Numbered from the stretch's first letter, positions 31,439 to 43,215 are shown. The stretch: DNA of 64,000 bases from an uncultured Pelagibacteraceae bacterium (GCA_902614655.1 CACMLX010000001.1:69127-133126); one strand, 5' to 3'. The notes: generated by a model not told the origin, from the letters alone. Numbers and translations: made by a program.

Positions 31439-32283
31439 AGAGTGGAAACATTTTATTAATTGGACCAACAAATTCTGGAAAGTCATCTCTTGTTAATAAA
31501 ATAATGGGACAGCGGGTATCACTTGTTTCAAGGAAAAAACAGTCAACTACATTTAATCAAAAGGTCTATAAGAAATTTTCTGAAAATGAATTTATTATCC
31601 AAGATACTCCAGGCTTTTTTTCGAGTAGAAAAAAAATTAATAATAATATCATTTCATCTCCCCTCGCGGAAATTGAGACTTCAGATTTAATTTACGTTGT
31701 CGTAGATATTTCGTTAAGAATTAATAATGAATATAAAAAAATTATAAACTCTCTAGAAAATAAAATTGAAAAACAGCATGTATTTCTAATACTAAATAAA
31801 ATAGACAAAGTTAAGAAAGATAAAGTACTTAGCGCAATTAAATTTTATTCAAGAGAAAAAATGTTTAATGAAATATTTCCAATCTCAAGTCTCACAGGTG
31901 AAGGAGTTGCAAATCTTATAAAATTTTCAAAGAAATTTACTATTAAAACTTCAATAAAAAGCAAGCCTTCTAGCAATATACAGATTAAGAAGAAGCTATT
32001 TTACTCAGAAGTAACACGAGAAAAAATACTAGATAAGATACATAGAGAGATACCTTATCAATGTGATGTTGTAACTGAAAAGATTAATAAGGTTGCAAGT
32101 CAAATCAAAATATATCAATCGATTGTAGTTAAAAGACAATCACATAAGAATATACTTGTAGGAAAGAAAGGTTCAATGTTGAAAGAAATTGGACAAGCTT
32201 CAAGAAAAGAAATTGCAAGATTTGAAAACAAAAAGATTCACCTATTTTTATTTGTAAAGCTGGCTAAAGAAAAGAAAATATGA
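31435..32283 (+). CDS. era: GTPase Era
   Basis: G1 GPTNSGKSS, G3 DTPG, G4 NKID, and a C-terminal KH domain. Conserved rnc-era-recO order. Confidence 0.9.
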   Translation: MKSGNILLIGPTNSGKSSLVNKIMGQRVSLVSRKKQSTTFNQKVYKKFSENEFIIQDTPGFFSSRKKINNNIISSPLAEIETSDLIYVVVDISLRINNEYKKIINSLENKIEKQHVFLILNKIDKVKKDKVLSAIKFYSREKMFNEIFPISSLTGEGVANLIKFSKKFTIKTSIKSKPSSNIQIKKKLFYSEVTREKILDKIHREIPYQCDVVTEKINKVASQIKIYQSIVVKRQSHKNILVGKKGSMLKEIGQASRKEIARFENKKIHLFLFVKLAKEKKI

Positions 32284-33002
32284 GATGGTCTGGAACAGGA
32301 TTTGTATTAGGATTTAAAAAATATAATGAGTCATCCTATATTTTAGATGCGTTTACAGAAGACCATGGAAGGCATAAGGGATTAATTAGAGGAATACATT
32401 CAAAAAACTTACGCGCGGTAATAGAGCCAGGAAATGAAGTAATGTTAAATTGGTCTGGACGCTTAGAAAGCCACTTGGGTAATTATACTGTTGAACCTAT
32501 TAAATTGTGGTCATCTTATATACTGAACCGTAAAGTAAATTTGCATGGCATAAATTCTATATGTTCAATAATTATATCTACTATGGCAGAGAAACAGCAA
32601 AATGCGTTTATGTATGAAAAGTCACTAAGTCTAATAAAAGATATTTGTAAAAATAGAGAAGATTGGATCAAAAGTTATATTTTTTGGGAAATTGATTTAC
32701 TGTCAGATATCGGTTACGGGCTAGATTTAACTGAATGCGCAGTAACATCTGAGAAAGACAATTTAAAATTTGTTTCGCCAAGTAGTGGAAGGGCTGTAAC
32801 CATAGAAGGAGCAGGATCCTATAAAGATAAACTATTTAAACTACCCAACTTTTTAATTAATAGATCGTCTGAATATAATAATGAGGATTTAGAGAACGCA
32901 CTTAGTCTGACAGAGCATTTTTTTCGTAAGAGATTTTATGAGCCAAATAATCTTAATTTCCCAAAAAGCAGGAATCATCTAAAAATTTCAATTATAAAAT
33001 GA
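32280..33002 (+). CDS. recO: DNA repair protein RecO
   Basis: 240 aa with a RecO-like OB-fold N-terminus (GFVLG.KKY.ESS.IL..FT..HG) and a position after era. Confidence 0.82.
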   Translation: MRWSGTGFVLGFKKYNESSYILDAFTEDHGRHKGLIRGIHSKNLRAVIEPGNEVMLNWSGRLESHLGNYTVEPIKLWSSYILNRKVNLHGINSICSIIISTMAEKQQNAFMYEKSLSLIKDICKNREDWIKSYIFWEIDLLSDIGYGLDLTECAVTSEKDNLKFVSPSSGRAVTIEGAGSYKDKLFKLPNFLINRSSEYNNEDLENALSLTEHFFRKRFYEPNNLNFPKSRNHLKISIIK

Positions 33003-35203
33003 AAATCAAAAACATTAACTTCACTGACGCGTTAGAAGAAAAGTATCTAGCATACGCACTTTCAACAATTACTCATCGAGCGCTACCAGATATTCGTGAT
33101 GGGTTAAAGCCGGTTCATAGAAGGTTATTGTTTGCAATGTTTCAATTAAGGTTAAACTCAAGTTCTGGTTTTAAGAAATCAGCAAGAATAGTTGGCGATG
33201 TAATTGGTAAATTTCACCCACACGGAGATCAGTCTGTTTACGAAGCACTCGTGAGATTAGCTCAGAATTTTTCAACAAGGTATCCGTTAGTTGACGGCCA
33301 AGGAAATTTTGGCAACATTGATGGAGATAATGCAGCTGCAATGAGATATACAGAGGCAAGATTGACTGCGTTAGCAGAGCTAATGCTAAAAGATATATCA
33401 GAGGATACCATTGATTATATTAATACATATGATGGCATCGATCACGAGCCAATAGTTCTTCCATCAGCGTTTCCAAATTTGCTAGCTAATGGAAGTTCAG
33501 GAATTGCAGTTGGAATGGCGACAAATATTCCTCCCCATAACATCAATGAATTGTTTAAGGCTCTATCAAAATTATTAAAAAATCCAAATTGTACTAACTC
33601 ACAATTACTAAAGCTTATTCCAGGACCAGATTTTCCAACAGGAGGAGAAATCATTGATAGTGATGATGCATTGAAAGATGCCTATGTCAAAGGAAAGGGA
33701 ACAATAAGGCTTCGGGCAAGATGGAAAAAAGAAGACCTTGGAAGAGGTCAATATCAAATTATCATCCATGAAATTCCCTATCAAGTAAATAAAGCCAGAA
33801 TTATAGAAAAAATATCTGATCTTATTGATAATAAGAAAGCAAATTATCTAGAGGCAATTCAAGATGAGTCTGCAGAAGACATCAGAATAGTTCTCATTCC
33901 AAAAAATAGAAGTTTTAAAGCCGAAGTAATTTTTGAAGACTTATGTAAGAATTCAGATCTAGAAATTAGATACGCCATCAATTTTAATGCAATCAATCAC
34001 AAACTCGAGCCAAAATTATTTTCACTTAAAGAGAGCTTAAAATCATTTATTGACCATCGGTTTAATGTTTTAAAAAGAAGAACAAAGTATCGATTAATTC
34101 AAACTGAGAATAGGCTTGAAATACTCAAAGGTTTTTTAATAGTTTATAAAAATTTAAATAAAGTAATTAAAATTATTAGAACAGATACAGACCCTGAGAA
34201 AAAGTTGATTAGTGTATTTAGGATAAATAAGAGGCAAGCCGAAGCAATACTAGCAATGAGGCTAAGGCAATTAAAAAAATTAGAAGAAAAAGAAATTAAA
34301 AAAGAAAATGAAGATTTGAATACATATAAGAAAGAATTAAACAAACTACTAAAATCAAAAAAAGAGCAAATAAAGGAATTAAATTTAGAATTCACAAAAA
34401 GTTTAGAAATATTTTCAAAAGATGAAAATACTACAAATAGAAAAACTGTTGTTAATACAGAATATAAAGAAATTGACTACTCGACTGAAGAATTTGAAAG
34501 TAAAGATCCCGTAACAGTGATACTCTCAAAAAATGGATGGATAAAAACCATAAAAGGACATCAGGATGATTATAGAAACGTAAAGTATAAAGAAGGAGAT
34601 GCTGAGAAATTTATTATAAAATTAAAAAATAATAGTAAAATTCTACTTTTTTCTACTTTAGGTAAATTTTATACAATTAATTGTAACAAAATATCTGCAG
34701 GAAGAGGTTTTGGCGATCCTGTCAGTCTATTGATAGATAAAAATGATAATGAAGAAATTTTATTTGCAGCTACTTATGAGCAAGAGAAGGAATATCTAAT
34801 TACCAGTAGTGCAGGCAAGGGATTTTTCGTAAATACCTCAGATTTAATGGCGTCTACTAAATCGGGGAAAAGGGTTATGAATTTAAAAGGTAATGAAAAA
34901 GCCATCTCTTGTTCTCAAAAAAAAGGTGACTTAATAGCTGTTTTTAGTGGTGAAAAGAAAGCCGTAAAACTTCTAATTCTTGATCATTCAGAAATACCTT
35001 TAATGCAAAAAGGACGAGGGGTGACATTACAAAAATTCAAAAGTGGAAAAACTTTGAACGGTATTTGCTTTGATTCTAAGGAAGGTATTTTAGATGAGAA
35101 TAATGGTAAAACACTTTTGGCGGCCAATGAAATAAAAAAATGGCTGGGTAAAAGAGCTCATGCTGGTAAAATTGAACCTAAAAGTTTACATTCCAAAATT
35201 TAA
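32999..35203 (+). CDS. parC: DNA topoisomerase IV subunit A
   Basis: GyrA/ParC N-terminus ([17 protein letters not shown], active-site [10 protein letters not shown]). 734 aa with a short beta-pinwheel C-terminal domain and no GyrA-box-like extension. The ParC versus GyrA assignment is by length and CTD only. Confidence 0.85.
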   Translation: MKIKNINFTDALEEKYLAYALSTITHRALPDIRDGLKPVHRRLLFAMFQLRLNSSSGFKKSARIVGDVIGKFHPHGDQSVYEALVRLAQNFSTRYPLVDGQGNFGNIDGDNAAAMRYTEARLTALAELMLKDISEDTIDYINTYDGIDHEPIVLPSAFPNLLANGSSGIAVGMATNIPPHNINELFKALSKLLKNPNCTNSQLLKLIPGPDFPTGGEIIDSDDALKDAYVKGKGTIRLRARWKKEDLGRGQYQIIIHEIPYQVNKARIIEKISDLIDNKKANYLEAIQDESAEDIRIVLIPKNRSFKAEVIFEDLCKNSDLEIRYAINFNAINHKLEPKLFSLKESLKSFIDHRFNVLKRRTKYRLIQTENRLEILKGFLIVYKNLNKVIKIIRTDTDPEKKLISVFRINKRQAEAILAMRLRQLKKLEEKEIKKENEDLNTYKKELNKLLKSKKEQIKELNLEFTKSLEIFSKDENTTNRKTVVNTEYKEIDYSTEEFESKDPVTVILSKNGWIKTIKGHQDDYRNVKYKEGDAEKFIIKLKNNSKILLFSTLGKFYTINCNKISAGRGFGDPVSLLIDKNDNEEILFAATYEQEKEYLITSSAGKGFFVNTSDLMASTKSGKRVMNLKGNEKAISCSQKKGDLIAVFSGEKKAVKLLILDHSEIPLMQKGRGVTLQKFKSGKTLNGICFDSKEGILDENNGKTLLAANEIKKWLGKRAHAGKIEPKSLHSKI

Positions 35204-35221
35204 TATCTATCTTAGTTTTAT

Positions 35222-36511
35222 ATGGAAAACTATCCAGACAGTTACTATGCACAAAATATAAAAACCTTAAAGAAACCTTATGATCAATTAATTGATAATC
35301 ATGAGTGTGACATCTGTGTAGTCGGCGGAGGCTTTTCAGGACTATCAACAGCTATTGAGGCTGCAAAAAAAGGACTAAAGGTAATTGTAATTGAGCAAAA
35401 TTTATTTGGATGGGGCGCTTCTGGCAGAAATGGAGGCCAAATCTGGAATGACGTATCATGGGGTATAGACGTAATTGAGAAGAAATATGGAATTAAACTT
35501 GCAAGGCAAATCTGGGATATATCTCAAGCTTCTGTAGATTTAATTGATGACAGAATAAGGGAATTTGGCATTGAATGTGATAAAAAAAATGGGGGAATAA
35601 GTGCCGCTACTAGCGCGGCCAAACTTAGAGAGTATGAAGAAAATAGAGAGTATAAAATAAAAACATACAACTATAATAATTTAGAACTCCTTGACAAAAA
35701 TAGTATCGATAAAGAAATTGGTTCATCACTTTACTACGGGGGTGTCCTTGATAAAGGGGCGGGGCATTTACACCCAATTAAATATGCACTGGGTTTGGTA
35801 AAAGCGGCAGAACAATTAAATGTAAAACTCTATGAAAGATCTGTGGTTACTAAGATTAATCAAACAAGTCATGCGGTTGAGGTTCTTACAGATAGAGGGA
35901 TGGTAAAAGCTAAAAAAATAGCAGTATGTTGCAACGCCTATATAAAAGGTCTCAATTTAGGTATTGAAAATAGAATAATGCCATGTGCTACTTATATTGT
36001 CTGTACTGAGCCATTAAGTCAAAATTTACAGAGAGAAATACTGCCAAACGATTATTGTGTTAGTGATACAAATTTTGATTTAAATTATTATAGATTATCT
36101 GACAGTAAAAGAATGATATTTGGTGGTGCAGTAGGCTATTCACTAAAGATTGTAGAGGGATTAAAAAAAAGAACCAAGAGGCAATTAAATAAAGTGTATC
36201 CAAATTTAAGTAAATTAAAAATTGACTATATCTGGGGTGGATTAATAGCGTTAACAATGAATAGAGTGCCTGACATTGGGATGGTGAATGATAAGATTTA
36301 TTATGCTCAAGGCTTCTCAGGACATGGAGTTGCTTTAACGGGAATTGCTGGAAAGATTTTAGCAGAAAATATGGTAAGTGAAAAAACAAAGGAGCTCGAG
36401 GCATTTGAAAAGATTAAACACAAAAATTTTCCCGGAGGAAGATTATTTAGGATGCCATTGCTTGTAACCATAAGCTCTATGCAAAGAATGATGGATATTT
36501 TCAATGTATAA
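35222..36511 (+). CDS. FAD-dependent oxidoreductase (DAO family; PuuB/OrdL-like)
   Basis: N-terminal dinucleotide fold DICVVGGGFSGLSTA and C-terminal GFSGHGV; 429 aa. Confidence 0.8.
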   Translation: MENYPDSYYAQNIKTLKKPYDQLIDNHECDICVVGGGFSGLSTAIEAAKKGLKVIVIEQNLFGWGASGRNGGQIWNDVSWGIDVIEKKYGIKLARQIWDISQASVDLIDDRIREFGIECDKKNGGISAATSAAKLREYEENREYKIKTYNYNNLELLDKNSIDKEIGSSLYYGGVLDKGAGHLHPIKYALGLVKAAEQLNVKLYERSVVTKINQTSHAVEVLTDRGMVKAKKIAVCCNAYIKGLNLGIENRIMPCATYIVCTEPLSQNLQREILPNDYCVSDTNFDLNYYRLSDSKRMIFGGAVGYSLKIVEGLKKRTKRQLNKVYPNLSKLKIDYIWGGLIALTMNRVPDIGMVNDKIYYAQGFSGHGVALTGIAGKILAENMVSEKTKELEAFEKIKHKNFPGGRLFRMPLLVTISSMQRMMDIFNV

Positions 36512-37368
36512 CATTCTTTTTATAGGGATTGGGAAAATGGGCTCTCCAATGGCTGGCTACCTATCAAAAAAACATAATGTTTCTATTTATAATCGTACAA
36601 AAAATAAATGTGATAACTGGATCAAAAATTATAAAGGGAAAGTTATTGATAAATTATCAGAAACTAATCAAAAATATGATTTTATTATTTCATGTGTAGG
36701 CAACGATGAAGATTTAAAAGAAATCACTTCAATGGATAAAGGCTGCTTAAATTCTGTTAAAGAGAAGACAATATTTATTGATCATTCTACCGTATCTCCA
36801 AGAATTGTGAGAGAAGTAGAAAAAAAACTTAGAAAATTTAGGTGTTAGTTTCCTTGATGCCCCAATATCAGGTGGACAAGCGGGAGCGGAAAAAGGCCAA
36901 TTAAGTATAATGATTGGAGGTTCAGAGAAGGCATACGAAAGAAGTATTGAAATATTAAGATCATATGGAAAAAAAATAAAATATATGGGTACTTCAGGAT
37001 CTGGTCAGCTTACGAAAATAATTAATCAAATTTGTATTGCAGGACTAGTTCAAGGCTTATCAGAGTCTATTTATTTTATGAAGCAGACCGATTTAAATCC
37101 TGATGATGTATTGGAAGTAATTTCATCAGGCGCGGCACAATCATGGCAAATGGATAATCGTTTTAAATCAATGGTAGCGGGAGAATTCGACTTTGGTTTT
37201 GCAGTTGATTTAATGAGAAAAGATCTTTCAATTGCATTTGCAGAAGCAGATAGACATGGCATTAATTTAGAGGTGACTAAAATTGTCGATAAATTTTATA
37301 ACGATATTCAAGATTTAGGCGGTAATAAACTTGATACATCAAGTTTAATAAAACGTTTAATCAATTAG
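36504..37368 (+). pseudogene. 3-hydroxyisobutyrate dehydrogenase-family (HIBADH / beta-hydroxyacid dehydrogenase) gene interrupted by a +1 frameshift in an A8 run
   Basis: The N-terminal fragment (36504-36848) has the Rossmann motif GIGKMGSPMA and stops at TAG 36846. The +1 frame, open from 36820, reads KKNLENLGVSFLDAPISGGQAGAEKGQLSIMIGG, the family signature, and continues to 37368. Removing one A from A8 (36820-36827) gives one 287-aa ORF. Confidence 0.8.
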
Positions 37369-38364
37369 TTTTAAAAATTTTGAAACTTCAGGCGCATAAT
37401 AAGTAATTATTGCATCTGCTCCTGCTCTTTTAAATGAAGACAATTGTTCTATAACCATAGTTTCTTCGTTAATTATACCTTGTTGTGATCCGAATTTAAT
37501 GAGCGAGTACTCACCTGAAACTTGGTAGGCAAATGTGGGATACTTAAGTTCATTCTTAATTCTGTATATGATGTCCAAATAGCTAATTCCAGGCTTTACC
37601 ATGATCATATCGGCCCCTTCAGCTATGTCCATTGACGCCTCCCTGATTGCTTCATCAGAATTCAATATATTCATCTGGTAAGTTTTTTTATCTGTCTTTA
37701 AATTCTTGGATGAGCCAATAGCATCTCTAAATGGTGTATACATGCTTGATGAATATTTTGCTGCATAAGACAAAATGAGAGTATCCACAAATTTATTTTT
37801 TTCTAATTCGTCTCTAATCATGCCAATCCTGCCATCCATCATATCTGAAGGGGCAATTATATCTGCACCATGTTCAGCAAGCATGATAGATTGTTTAACT
37901 AAAACACCATTAGTTTCGTCGTTTAGAATCTTACCTTCATCGCTCAATAATCCATCATGGCCATGATCTGTATATGGATCTAATGCAACATCGCACATAA
38001 TACCAAAGTCAGACTTATGACTTTTAAGCTTTTCAAGAGACCTACAAACTAAATTATCTGGATTTAGTGCTTCATCTCCATATTTTGTTTTTAGCTCCTG
38101 AGGCGTGAACGGAAATACAGCTATAAGATTTATTTTATGCTCACTAGCAATGTCATAGACCTCATTTAAATTGTCTATCGAATACCTATAAACATTAGGC
38201 ATTGATTGAATTTCATCTTTGATATTGTTTCCTTCACATACAAAAACTGGCCATACTAAATCGTTTGAACTAAGCATATTTTCTTGAGTAAGGTTTCTAA
38301 TCCATTTAGCTTGACGAGTTCGTCGCAACCTATTTTTTGGATATTTAAGTTCTGATACACTCAT
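37357..38364 (-). CDS. hemB: porphobilinogen synthase (delta-aminolevulinate dehydratase)
   Basis: Active-site lysine regions (MVKPG) and CDVALDPYTDHGHDG, the Asp-rich, cysteine-poor metal site of the Zn-independent type; 335 aa. Confidence 0.93.
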   Translation of the reverse strand: MSVSELKYPKNRLRRTRQAKWIRNLTQENMLSSNDLVWPVFVCEGNNIKDEIQSMPNVYRYSIDNLNEVYDIASEHKINLIAVFPFTPQELKTKYGDEALNPDNLVCRSLEKLKSHKSDFGIMCDVALDPYTDHGHDGLLSDEGKILNDETNGVLVKQSIMLAEHGADIIAPSDMMDGRIGMIRDELEKNKFVDTLILSYAAKYSSSMYTPFRDAIGSSKNLKTDKKTYQMNILNSDEAIREASMDIAEGADMIMVKPGISYLDIIYRIKNELKYPTFAYQVSGEYSLIKFGSQQGIINEETMVIEQLSSFKRAGADAIITYYAPEVSKFLKLID

Positions 38365-39128
38365 TTAGATTTTTTCTTTGGCAATATTATAAAAGAGCTA
38401 GTAGAGTGTATATATTCAGTATAACCATCTTTCTTTTTTGATAATCTATTTTCTAACATAGTCACACCAGAAACCCTAAGTAATAAGTAAGTCATTATTA
38501 TTGGAGCAATAAAAATTAATAAATTGTTAGATAATGCAAAACAGTAAATTGTAATACCCCACCAAAATAGACTATCCCCGAAATAATTAGGGTGTCTTGA
38601 ATAATACCAAAGCCCTTTATCCATAACTTTATTTATATTATTTTGATCTAATTTAAATTTGGATAATTGTATATCAGCGATTGTTTCAATAAGAATTCCT
38701 GAAAATGCTATCAATATACCTGCCCAATGGAAAAAACTTAAATCAACACCAGTGTTTAAAATGCTGATCAGGGGCAATGATATAATTGGAATTAAAATAA
38801 TTTGGATTAAGTAAGCTGTTAAATAAAGACCAATATCTCCTCTAGCTTCTCTAATTTTAACATATCTAATATCCTCGGTCTTATTAACATTTCTAATTAA
38901 AAGATAGATACCTAGTCTAAAACCCCATATTGTTATTAGAAATAAGCATATTATTTCAGTCATAGAAAATGAATTATTTATTATCAGAGCCAACAGAAAT
39001 GAAAAAAAGAAACTAGGACCCCAGTAAATATCAATAAAATCTGCCCTTCTAGTTTTTAGGGATGATATCCACAAAATAGTGATGACGATAAAATTGAAGC
39101 CTAATATAGTTATAAAATTAAGTAACAT
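38361..39128 (-). CDS. DUF1295 / steroid 5-alpha-reductase-like membrane protein
   Basis: Polytopic membrane protein with the C-terminal motif YSRHPNYFGDSLFWWG typical of the DUF1295/ICMT-like family. Confidence 0.7.
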   Translation of the reverse strand: MLLNFITILGFNFIVITILWISSLKTRRADFIDIYWGPSFFFSFLLALIINNSFSMTEIICLFLITIWGFRLGIYLLIRNVNKTEDIRYVKIREARGDIGLYLTAYLIQIILIPIISLPLISILNTGVDLSFFHWAGILIAFSGILIETIADIQLSKFKLDQNNINKVMDKGLWYYSRHPNYFGDSLFWWGITIYCFALSNNLLIFIAPIIMTYLLLRVSGVTMLENRLSKKKDGYTEYIHSTSSFIILPKKKSK

Positions 39129-39142
39129 AATTCAGTATATAT

Positions 39143-39892
39143 ATGTCTTTTAAATTTTTAGACAATTATAATTTTATTCCATTCGCACATCGTGGTGGTT
39201 CCTATGATTTTTGTGAAAATACTTTAGATGCATTCAATAATTCAATTAATTTAGGATATCGGCACATCGAAACAGATGTGAGGCATACAAAAGATAATAA
39301 GTTAATAATATTTCATGATCCAGATTTAAAAAGAATTCTTGGCCTAGATGCAAAAATAGAAAATTTAAATTATGAAGAGTTAAAAAATATAAAAATTTTT
39401 GAGACACATACAATTCCATTGCTTGACGAGGCCCTATCTTCTTGGCCTGAGATAAATTTTAATATTGAGCCCAAAAGTTTAGAGTCTGCGCACTTATTGA
39501 AAAATAAATTAAAATCTATGAAAAATATTGACAGGATATGTATTGGTTCATTTAGTAATAATAAAATAGATATTTTGAGAAACGAGTTTAAAGATAATCT
39601 ATGTTCATCCATGACTAAGAGTGAGACCATATTATTTTTTCTTAATAGATTTTTTTCTATCTATGATAATAGTATTCCATGTCTTCAAATACCAATGACT
39701 TATATGGGCTTTAGAATTGTTACCAGTAATCTAGTCGAGCATGTTCATAGTCTTGGAAAAAAAATACATGTTTGGACAATTAATGATGAAAAACAGATGA
39801 TAGATCTAATAAATATAAATGTTGATGGCATAATGACTGATAAACCGACAACATTAAAAAAAGTCTTACAAAAAAAGTCTCTTTGGAATTAA
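39143..39892 (+). CDS. glycerophosphodiester phosphodiesterase family protein (second copy in window)
   Basis: FAHRGG, ENTLDAF, IETDV and IFHD GDPD motifs; 249 aa. Confidence 0.82.
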   Translation: MSFKFLDNYNFIPFAHRGGSYDFCENTLDAFNNSINLGYRHIETDVRHTKDNKLIIFHDPDLKRILGLDAKIENLNYEELKNIKIFETHTIPLLDEALSSWPEINFNIEPKSLESAHLLKNKLKSMKNIDRICIGSFSNNKIDILRNEFKDNLCSSMTKSETILFFLNRFFSIYDNSIPCLQIPMTYMGFRIVTSNLVEHVHSLGKKIHVWTINDEKQMIDLININVDGIMTDKPTTLKKVLQKKSLWN

Positions 39893-39947
39893 TTATTGTA
39901 TTTTTTTATATACAAGATTTAGTATAATTAGTTTAATAATATCCTAT

Positions 39948-40385
39948 ATGAGTGAACAAACTAAAGTATCTATTGCTTCAGACCACGCAGGTTTAGATCT
40001 AAAAGATCAAATAATTAAACGCCTTTTAGATTGTGGAATTGATGTTATCGATAGAGGACCAGATAAAAAAGATCCAGTAGATTATCCTGACTACGCTCTA
40101 AAAGTTACAAATGATATTTTAAATGAAATAGCTCATAAGGGCGTATTAGTATGCGGAACCGGCCAAGGGATGGCAATGGCAGCAAATAAAAAACCTGGGA
40201 TTAGAGCTGCTCTTTGTTATAACAGTGAGGTTACAAAATTAGCTAGGGAACATAATGATGCAAATATTTTGACTTTAGGCGCCCGTGTTATAGATGAGTC
40301 TACAGCCTTAAGTCTAGTTGAAACATTCTTAAATACGGACTTTGAAGGCAACCGACACGCTGTTAGAATAAATAAAATAGGATAA
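39948..40385 (+). CDS. rpiB: ribose-5-phosphate isomerase B
   Basis: RpiB/LacAB pattern ([35 protein letters not shown]); 145 aa. Confidence 0.92.
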   Translation: MSEQTKVSIASDHAGLDLKDQIIKRLLDCGIDVIDRGPDKKDPVDYPDYALKVTNDILNEIAHKGVLVCGTGQGMAMAANKKPGIRAALCYNSEVTKLAREHNDANILTLGARVIDESTALSLVETFLNTDFEGNRHAVRINKIG

Positions 40386-40389
40386 TTAT

Positions 40390-41652
40390 ATGACTTTTTT
40401 TTCATCTTCACTTCAAGAAATCGATAACGAAATTCATGAAGCAATAAACAAAGAACTTTCAAGACAACAAAATCAGATTGAGTTAATTGCATCAGAAAAT
40501 ATAGTTTCAAAAGCCGTATTAGAAGCTCAAGGATCTGTATTAACAAATAAATATGCGGAAGGTTATGCGGCTGCCCGTTATTATGGAGGCTGTGAATTTG
40601 TTGATATTGCTGAGGACCTTGCAATTCAGAGGCTAAAAAAACTATATAAATGTGAATATGCTAATGTTCAACCTCATTCAGGAGCACAGGCTAATGGGGC
40701 AGTTATGTTGGCGCTTATAAAACCAGGTGATACTATTTTAGGTATGAGCCTAGATGCCGGTGGACATCTTACTCACGGATCAGCACCTTCAATGTCTGGA
40801 AAATGGTTTGATGCAGTTCAATATGGTTTAGATGACGAAGGATTAATCAATTATGATGAAGTTGAATCACTTGCAAAAAAACACAAACCTAAAATAATAA
40901 TTGCAGGCGGCAGTGCATACTCAAGAATAATAGATTTTAAAAGATTTCGCGAAATTTGTGACATTGTTGGTGCATATCTGCATGTAGACATGGCACACTT
41001 TTCAGGCCTTGTAGCTGCTCAGGAGTATCCTAATCCTTTAGAATTTGCGGATGTTGTTACATCGACAACTCACAAAACTATTAGGGGCGCTAGAGGAGGC
41101 ATGATACTCTCTAATAACACCGACTTAGGAAAAAAATTTAATTCAGCTGTGTTCCCAGGTTATCAAGGTGGGCCTCTAATGCATGTAATAGCAGGTAAGG
41201 CTGTTGCTTTTGGTGAAGCGCTAAAACCAGAATTCAAAGAATACATAAAACAAGTAATTAAAAATGCTAAAGCTCTTAGCCAGACACTTGTAAATGGTGG
41301 CCTCAAAATTGTTTCAGGGGGCACAGACACACATTTAATTTTGGTTGATTTAACTCCAATGGACCTTACAGGCGATGCTGCCTCAACAAGTCTAGAGGAA
41401 GCGCATATTACATGTAATAAAAACGGAATACCAAAGGATCCGAAACCTCCAAAAATAACCTCTGGTATCAGATTGGGAACTCCAGCAGCAACAACAAGAG
41501 GTTTTAAAGAAAAGGAATTTGAAACTGTTGGAAATTTAATTCTTGAAACGTTATCGGGATTAAAACAAAATCCAAATGATAATGGCAAAGTTGAAAAACT
41601 TGTGAAAGAAAAAGTAATAAATCTCTGTAATCAGTTTCCAATTTATAATTAG
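40390..41652 (+). CDS. glyA: serine hydroxymethyltransferase
   Basis: [15 protein letters not shown] and the PLP-lysine region TSTTHKT.RG.RGG; 420 aa. Confidence 0.96.
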   Translation: MTFFSSSLQEIDNEIHEAINKELSRQQNQIELIASENIVSKAVLEAQGSVLTNKYAEGYAAARYYGGCEFVDIAEDLAIQRLKKLYKCEYANVQPHSGAQANGAVMLALIKPGDTILGMSLDAGGHLTHGSAPSMSGKWFDAVQYGLDDEGLINYDEVESLAKKHKPKIIIAGGSAYSRIIDFKRFREICDIVGAYLHVDMAHFSGLVAAQEYPNPLEFADVVTSTTHKTIRGARGGMILSNNTDLGKKFNSAVFPGYQGGPLMHVIAGKAVAFGEALKPEFKEYIKQVIKNAKALSQTLVNGGLKIVSGGTDTHLILVDLTPMDLTGDAASTSLEEAHITCNKNGIPKDPKPPKITSGIRLGTPAATTRGFKEKEFETVGNLILETLSGLKQNPNDNGKVEKLVKEKVINLCNQFPIYN

Positions 41653-41660
41653 GTGAATAT

Positions 41661-42119
41661 ATGAAATGCCCATTTTGTGGAAATAATGATACTCAAGTAA
41701 AAGACTCTCGTGCAACTGAAGATAACTCTGCAATAAGAAGAAGAAGGTATTGCTCTGCATGTGGTGCTCGCTTCACTACGTTTGAACGCATACAACTAAG
41801 GGAATTGACAGTTCTTAAAAAATCAGGAAAAAAAGTTCCTTTTGATCGTGATAAACTTGAGAGATCAGTTCAAATAGCTCTAAGAAAGCGACCAGTTGAT
41901 AATGAGAGAGTTGATAGAATGATCAGCGGCATCGTAAGACGAGTTGAAAGTTTAGGCGAAACGGAGGTATCATCTGATGTGATAGGAGAAATTGTCATGG
42001 AAGGATTACAAAGCATAGACTCAGTTGCATATGTTCGATTTGCATCTGTTTACAAAAATTTTCGTGAGGCAAAAGATTTTGAAGAGTTTTTAGGTGTGAT
42101 TTCTTCAACTGAAGATTAG
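41661..42119 (+). CDS. nrdR: transcriptional repressor NrdR
   Basis: N-terminal zinc ribbon MKCPFCG...CSACG followed by an ATP-cone; 152 aa. Confidence 0.95.
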   Translation: MKCPFCGNNDTQVKDSRATEDNSAIRRRRYCSACGARFTTFERIQLRELTVLKKSGKKVPFDRDKLERSVQIALRKRPVDNERVDRMISGIVRRVESLGETEVSSDVIGEIVMEGLQSIDSVAYVRFASVYKNFREAKDFEEFLGVISSTED

Positions 42120-42121
42120 GT

Positions 42122-43213
42122 TTGCCTTTGAGTGAAAAAAAATACCTCAGAATTACAGAAAGAATGGCTCTAAGAGCAGTTGGTACAACTTATCCAAATC
42201 CTCCTGTAGGAGCGGTAATTGTAAAAAATGATGAAATCTTATCAAGAGGCTGGACTCAGCGCAAAGGCGTGCCTCACGCTGAAATTCACGCAATAAATCA
42301 AATTAAAAATAAAAGAGATATTGAAGGTGCTCATTTGTATTGTACGCTAGAACCCTGTTCTCATGAAGGCAAAACCCCTGCTTGTGTTAATAAAATTATA
42401 GATTTAAAATTTTCTAAAGTCATAATTTCTCAAGTTGACAAAAATCCATTGGTTAATAGTAATTCAGTAAAGAAGTTAAGGTCAGCAGGTATAAAGGTAG
42501 TAATTAAAAATTTTGGTGCCCAAACGAGAAATTTAAATAATGTATTTTTTAAATCATTAAATAATAACAAACCATTTATCACACTTAAAATTGCATCTAC
42601 CGCTGATGGAAAAATTGCTACAAATTTACATGAAAGTAAATGGATAACAAACTCAGTTTCAAGAATGATGGGCCATAAATTAAGATCATTGAATGAATGT
42701 ATGATTGTAGGAACAGGAACAATTAGAAAAGATAACCCAGTATTAGATTGTAGACTTGATGGATTAGATGATAGATCACCCGATCTTTTTATTTTAGATA
42801 GAAGACTTATTTTAAAAAGAGACTTAAAAATATTTGGTAATAAAAATCGTAAAATTTATGTTTTATACTCTGATAAAATCAAGAAAAAAACCCCTAAATT
42901 AAAGAATATAAAGTATATAAAAATCAAGGAAGTTAAATATATGCTAGATATCGAAACTATAATTAAAAAAATATCTAATTTAGGGTATATGAGAGTTCTG
43001 GTTGAAGGAGGAGCAAAATTATCAGCTTCTCTTTTAAATAAAAACCAAATTGATAAAATTACATGGTTCAGGGCGAGTAAAATTATGGGTAATAGTGGTA
43101 TAAATGCTATTTCAGATTTAAATATAGTTAAAATCAACCATTTAAAAAAATTTAAATTAATTAACACTAAAACAATTGATAATGATCAATTATCTATTTA
43201 CAGAAAAAAGTAA
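42122..43213 (+). CDS. ribD: bifunctional diaminohydroxyphosphoribosylaminopyrimidine deaminase / 5-amino-6-(5-phosphoribosylamino)uracil reductase
   Basis: Deaminase zinc motifs HAEI and LEPCSH..KTPAC, followed by a reductase domain. Apparent TTG start 2 nt after the nrdR stop. Confidence 0.9.
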   Translation: MPLSEKKYLRITERMALRAVGTTYPNPPVGAVIVKNDEILSRGWTQRKGVPHAEIHAINQIKNKRDIEGAHLYCTLEPCSHEGKTPACVNKIIDLKFSKVIISQVDKNPLVNSNSVKKLRSAGIKVVIKNFGAQTRNLNNVFFKSLNNNKPFITLKIASTADGKIATNLHESKWITNSVSRMMGHKLRSLNECMIVGTGTIRKDNPVLDCRLDGLDDRSPDLFILDRRLILKRDLKIFGNKNRKIYVLYSDKIKKKTPKLKNIKYIKIKEVKYMLDIETIIKKISNLGYMRVLVEGGAKLSASLLNKNQIDKITWFRASKIMGNSGINAISDLNIVKINHLKKFKLINTKTIDNDQLSIYRKK

Positions 43214-43215
43214 AA

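Noticed and set aside
36849-36909. An apparent 61-nt intergenic gap between two short ORFs.
   Set aside because: It is not intergenic. The +1 frame across it encodes the conserved FLDAPISGG...MIGG core of the same dehydrogenase, as described in the frameshift finding.
41163-41588. Long antisense ORFs inside well-supported genes, for example 141 aa opposite glyA, 135 aa at 40217-40624 spanning rpiB/glyA, 114 aa at 36060-36404, and 103 aa at 42856-43167.
   Set aside because: They lie entirely within, and opposite to, genes with strong family signatures. Their translations are low-complexity or hydrophobic with no recognisable motifs, and they have no plausible ribosome-binding sites. They are typical shadow ORFs.
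42100-42125. An FMN (RFN) riboswitch ahead of the riboflavin operon.
   Set aside because: ribD starts 2 nt after the nrdR stop, so no non-coding space exists. No other gap within glyA-nrdR-rib-nusB is long enough.
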